Below, piece after piece: positions 22,086 to 23,672 of a stretch of DNA of 23,672 bases; within the stretch, counting starts at the first letter, position 1, and each line of letters begins with the position of its first letter. The position numbers and the translations under genes were made by a program. This DNA is from Candidatus Muiribacteriota bacterium (GTDB taxonomy: Bacteria; Muiribacteriota; Muiribacteriia; Muiribacteriales; Muiribacteriaceae). The notes below the pieces were generated by a model. That model had not been told where the DNA came from, made no database searches, and was given only the letters and a program-made list of their open reading frames with translations. The DNA lies in the NCBI GenBank assembly GCA_051747805.1, contig JBNJGP010000017.1, positions 12,830 through 36,501 of the forward strand. Direction: 5' to 3'.

Positions 22086-23359
22086 AAAATACTCTTGCAG
22101 ATTTTATCAGGCCAGAAACAATATCAGATTTTGTTGGTCAGGAACATCTTTTTCAGGAAAAAAAACCTCTTAATTTAATTTTTCAATCTCAAAAACCTGT
22201 TTCAATGATTATGTGGGGACCTCCTGGCTGTGGAAAAACTACCCTGGCAGCATTATTAAAAAATCATTTTTCGCTCCCTTTTGAAAAAATATCTGCCGTT
22301 ATGACCGGAATACCAGAGGCTAGAAAAATAATTGAAAAGGCCAGAATAAGATTTGAGAAGGATAATATTTCAACAATTCTTTTTATTGACGAAATTCACA
22401 GGTTTAATAAAGCGCAGCAGGATGCTTTTTTATTTCATGTTGAAAAAGGAACAATAATTCTCATTGGAGCCACAACAGAAAATCCCTCTTTTTCTGTTAA
22501 TAACGCACTTTTATCAAGGGTCAGAGTTTTCAAATTTGAACCACTTTCAGAAGAGAATATGAAAAAAATTCTAAACAGAGTATGCCTGAAAATTGGATTT
22601 CAACTTGATAAAGAGGCAGAAAAAATAGTTATTAATTATTCTGGCGGAGATGCCAGAAAACTTTTAAACAGTCTGGAAACATTTCAAAACCGGGGAATTT
22701 ATGAAATTAAAGAAAATGATATTGCCGAGATTTTAAAAATGGAAATCAACACTTCCTATGATAAAACAGGTGATTATCATTATGATTTAATTTCGGCTTT
22801 TCATAAAAGTTTAAGAGGTTCAAATCCCGACGCCGCAGTTTACTGGATGTTCAGAATGCTTGAGGGCGGAGAAGAACCTCTTTATATAGTAAGAAGAATG
22901 ATAAGATTTGCCAGTGAAGATATAGGACTGGCAGACCCCCATGCATTAACACTTGCCGTGTCAACTCTGGAGACTGTAAAATTTCTGGGAATGCCGGAGG
23001 GGGATAATGCTATGACTGAACTTGCAGTTTATCTGGCTGTTGCGCCTAAAAGTAACTCAGTTTATAAAATGACAAATAAGGCTAAAGAAGTTGCGCGTCA
23101 GTATAATAAATGTAAAGTACCACTGCATTTACGCAATGCCCCCACTAAACTTATGAAAGAAATGGGATATGCAAAAGCATACAAATATCCGCATGATTAT
23201 AAAGAAGGACTTGTCAGGCAGGAATATATGCCTGATGAATTAAGAAAAAAATCCTGGTATTCTCCGACAGAGAATGGAAAAGAAAAAAGAATAAAAGAAA
23301 GATATTTGAAAATCAAAGATTTTCTTAGTGAGAAGTTAGGGGCCGATAGGAGCGGTTAG
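22082..23359 (+). CDS. rarA: Replication-associated recombination protein A (RarA/MgsA)
   Basis: RP...DFVGQEHL, WGPPGCGKTT, FIDEIHRFNKAQQD, IGATTENP, SAFHKSLRGS, ASEDIGLADP, VPLHLRNAPT, YKYPHDY. Confidence 0.96.
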   Translation: MKNTLADFIRPETISDFVGQEHLFQEKKPLNLIFQSQKPVSMIMWGPPGCGKTTLAALLKNHFSLPFEKISAVMTGIPEARKIIEKARIRFEKDNISTILFIDEIHRFNKAQQDAFLFHVEKGTIILIGATTENPSFSVNNALLSRVRVFKFEPLSEENMKKILNRVCLKIGFQLDKEAEKIVINYSGGDARKLLNSLETFQNRGIYEIKENDIAEILKMEINTSYDKTGDYHYDLISAFHKSLRGSNPDAAVYWMFRMLEGGEEPLYIVRRMIRFASEDIGLADPHALTLAVSTLETVKFLGMPEGDNAMTELAVYLAVAPKSNSVYKMTNKAKEVARQYNKCKVPLHLRNAPTKLMKEMGYAKAYKYPHDYKEGLVRQEYMPDELRKKSWYSPTENGKEKRIKERYLKIKDFLSEKLGADRSG

Positions 23360-23440
23360 AAGTGAAAAGTGAGAGGTGAGAAGTGAGCGGTGAGAGGTGA
23401 GACGATAGAAGCAGATAAGAGCCGATTAGAGCAAGAGATT
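23327..23440 (+). repeat. Purine-rich degenerate tandem repeats: 7-mers (RGTGAGA) mixed with 10-mers (AGCCGATAGA-like)
   Basis: AGTGAAA AGTGAGA GGTGAGA AGTGAGC GGTGAGA GGTGAGA at 23361-23402, flanked by GGCCGATAGG, AGCGGTTAGA, AGCAGATAAG and AGCCGATTAG. Confidence 0.8.
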
Positions 23441-23590
23441 AAAATTTATTACGAAATAAAATCACAAAAAAATCTAAGAGCGTATGTTAAAAAGTAATGA
23501 TAGTACTTCAATATATAAACTAAACCCAATAAAGATTATAATCCTCTTTATAAAGCGGTTTTTTGTTATTTTTGAAGTAATATAATTTTA

Positions 23591-23644
23591 AGCCGATAGA
23601 ATCAGATGAGAGCCGTGAGAAGCGAGAAGTGGCGAATGAAGCAG
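23591..23644 (+). repeat. Second patch of the same degenerate 10-mer/7-mer repeat family
   Basis: AGCCGATAGA ATCAGATGAG AGCCGTGAGA AGCGAGA AGTGGCGA. Confidence 0.65.
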
Positions 23645-23672
23645 TTGCTTTTGTTTTAGACTGCTGAATTTT

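Noticed and set aside
23484..23585. 33-aa ORF (MLKSNDSTSIYKLNPIKIIILFIKRFFVIFEVI) between the repeat patches
   Set aside because: Weak RBS, no recognisable family, and expected by chance; cannot be supported.

Overview
An AT-rich bacterial chromosome segment spanning the replication origin. Genes diverge from a DnaA-box-rich intergenic region (13827-14306). Leftward (minus strand): dnaA, recF, dciA (DUF721), remB-like, gyrB, gyrA, a terminator, an ftsB/divIC-like gene, two tandem mnmG paralogs, rsmG, and a TPR protein (missed by the ORF track) that runs off the window edge. Rightward (plus strand): rpmH, rnpA, yidD, yidC, jag, mnmE, a three-gene acyl-CoA carboxylase-like cluster, rarA, and a purine-rich repeat/hairpin region. 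Most of this is core housekeeping content. The unusual points are: (1) two overlapping MnmG paralogs that deviate from the family consensus in largely complementary motifs, suggesting a heterodimer or a split function; (2) a biotin-carboxylase homolog lacking the catalytic-base motif (QVEH to PLNY) beside an intact carboxyltransferase and biotin carrier; (3) no dnaN after dnaA, with the DnaA-trio unwinding element upstream of dnaA; (4) a cluster of ACGT sites in oriC. All family assignments and motif comparisons are by eye from remembered consensus sequences; no searches were run.
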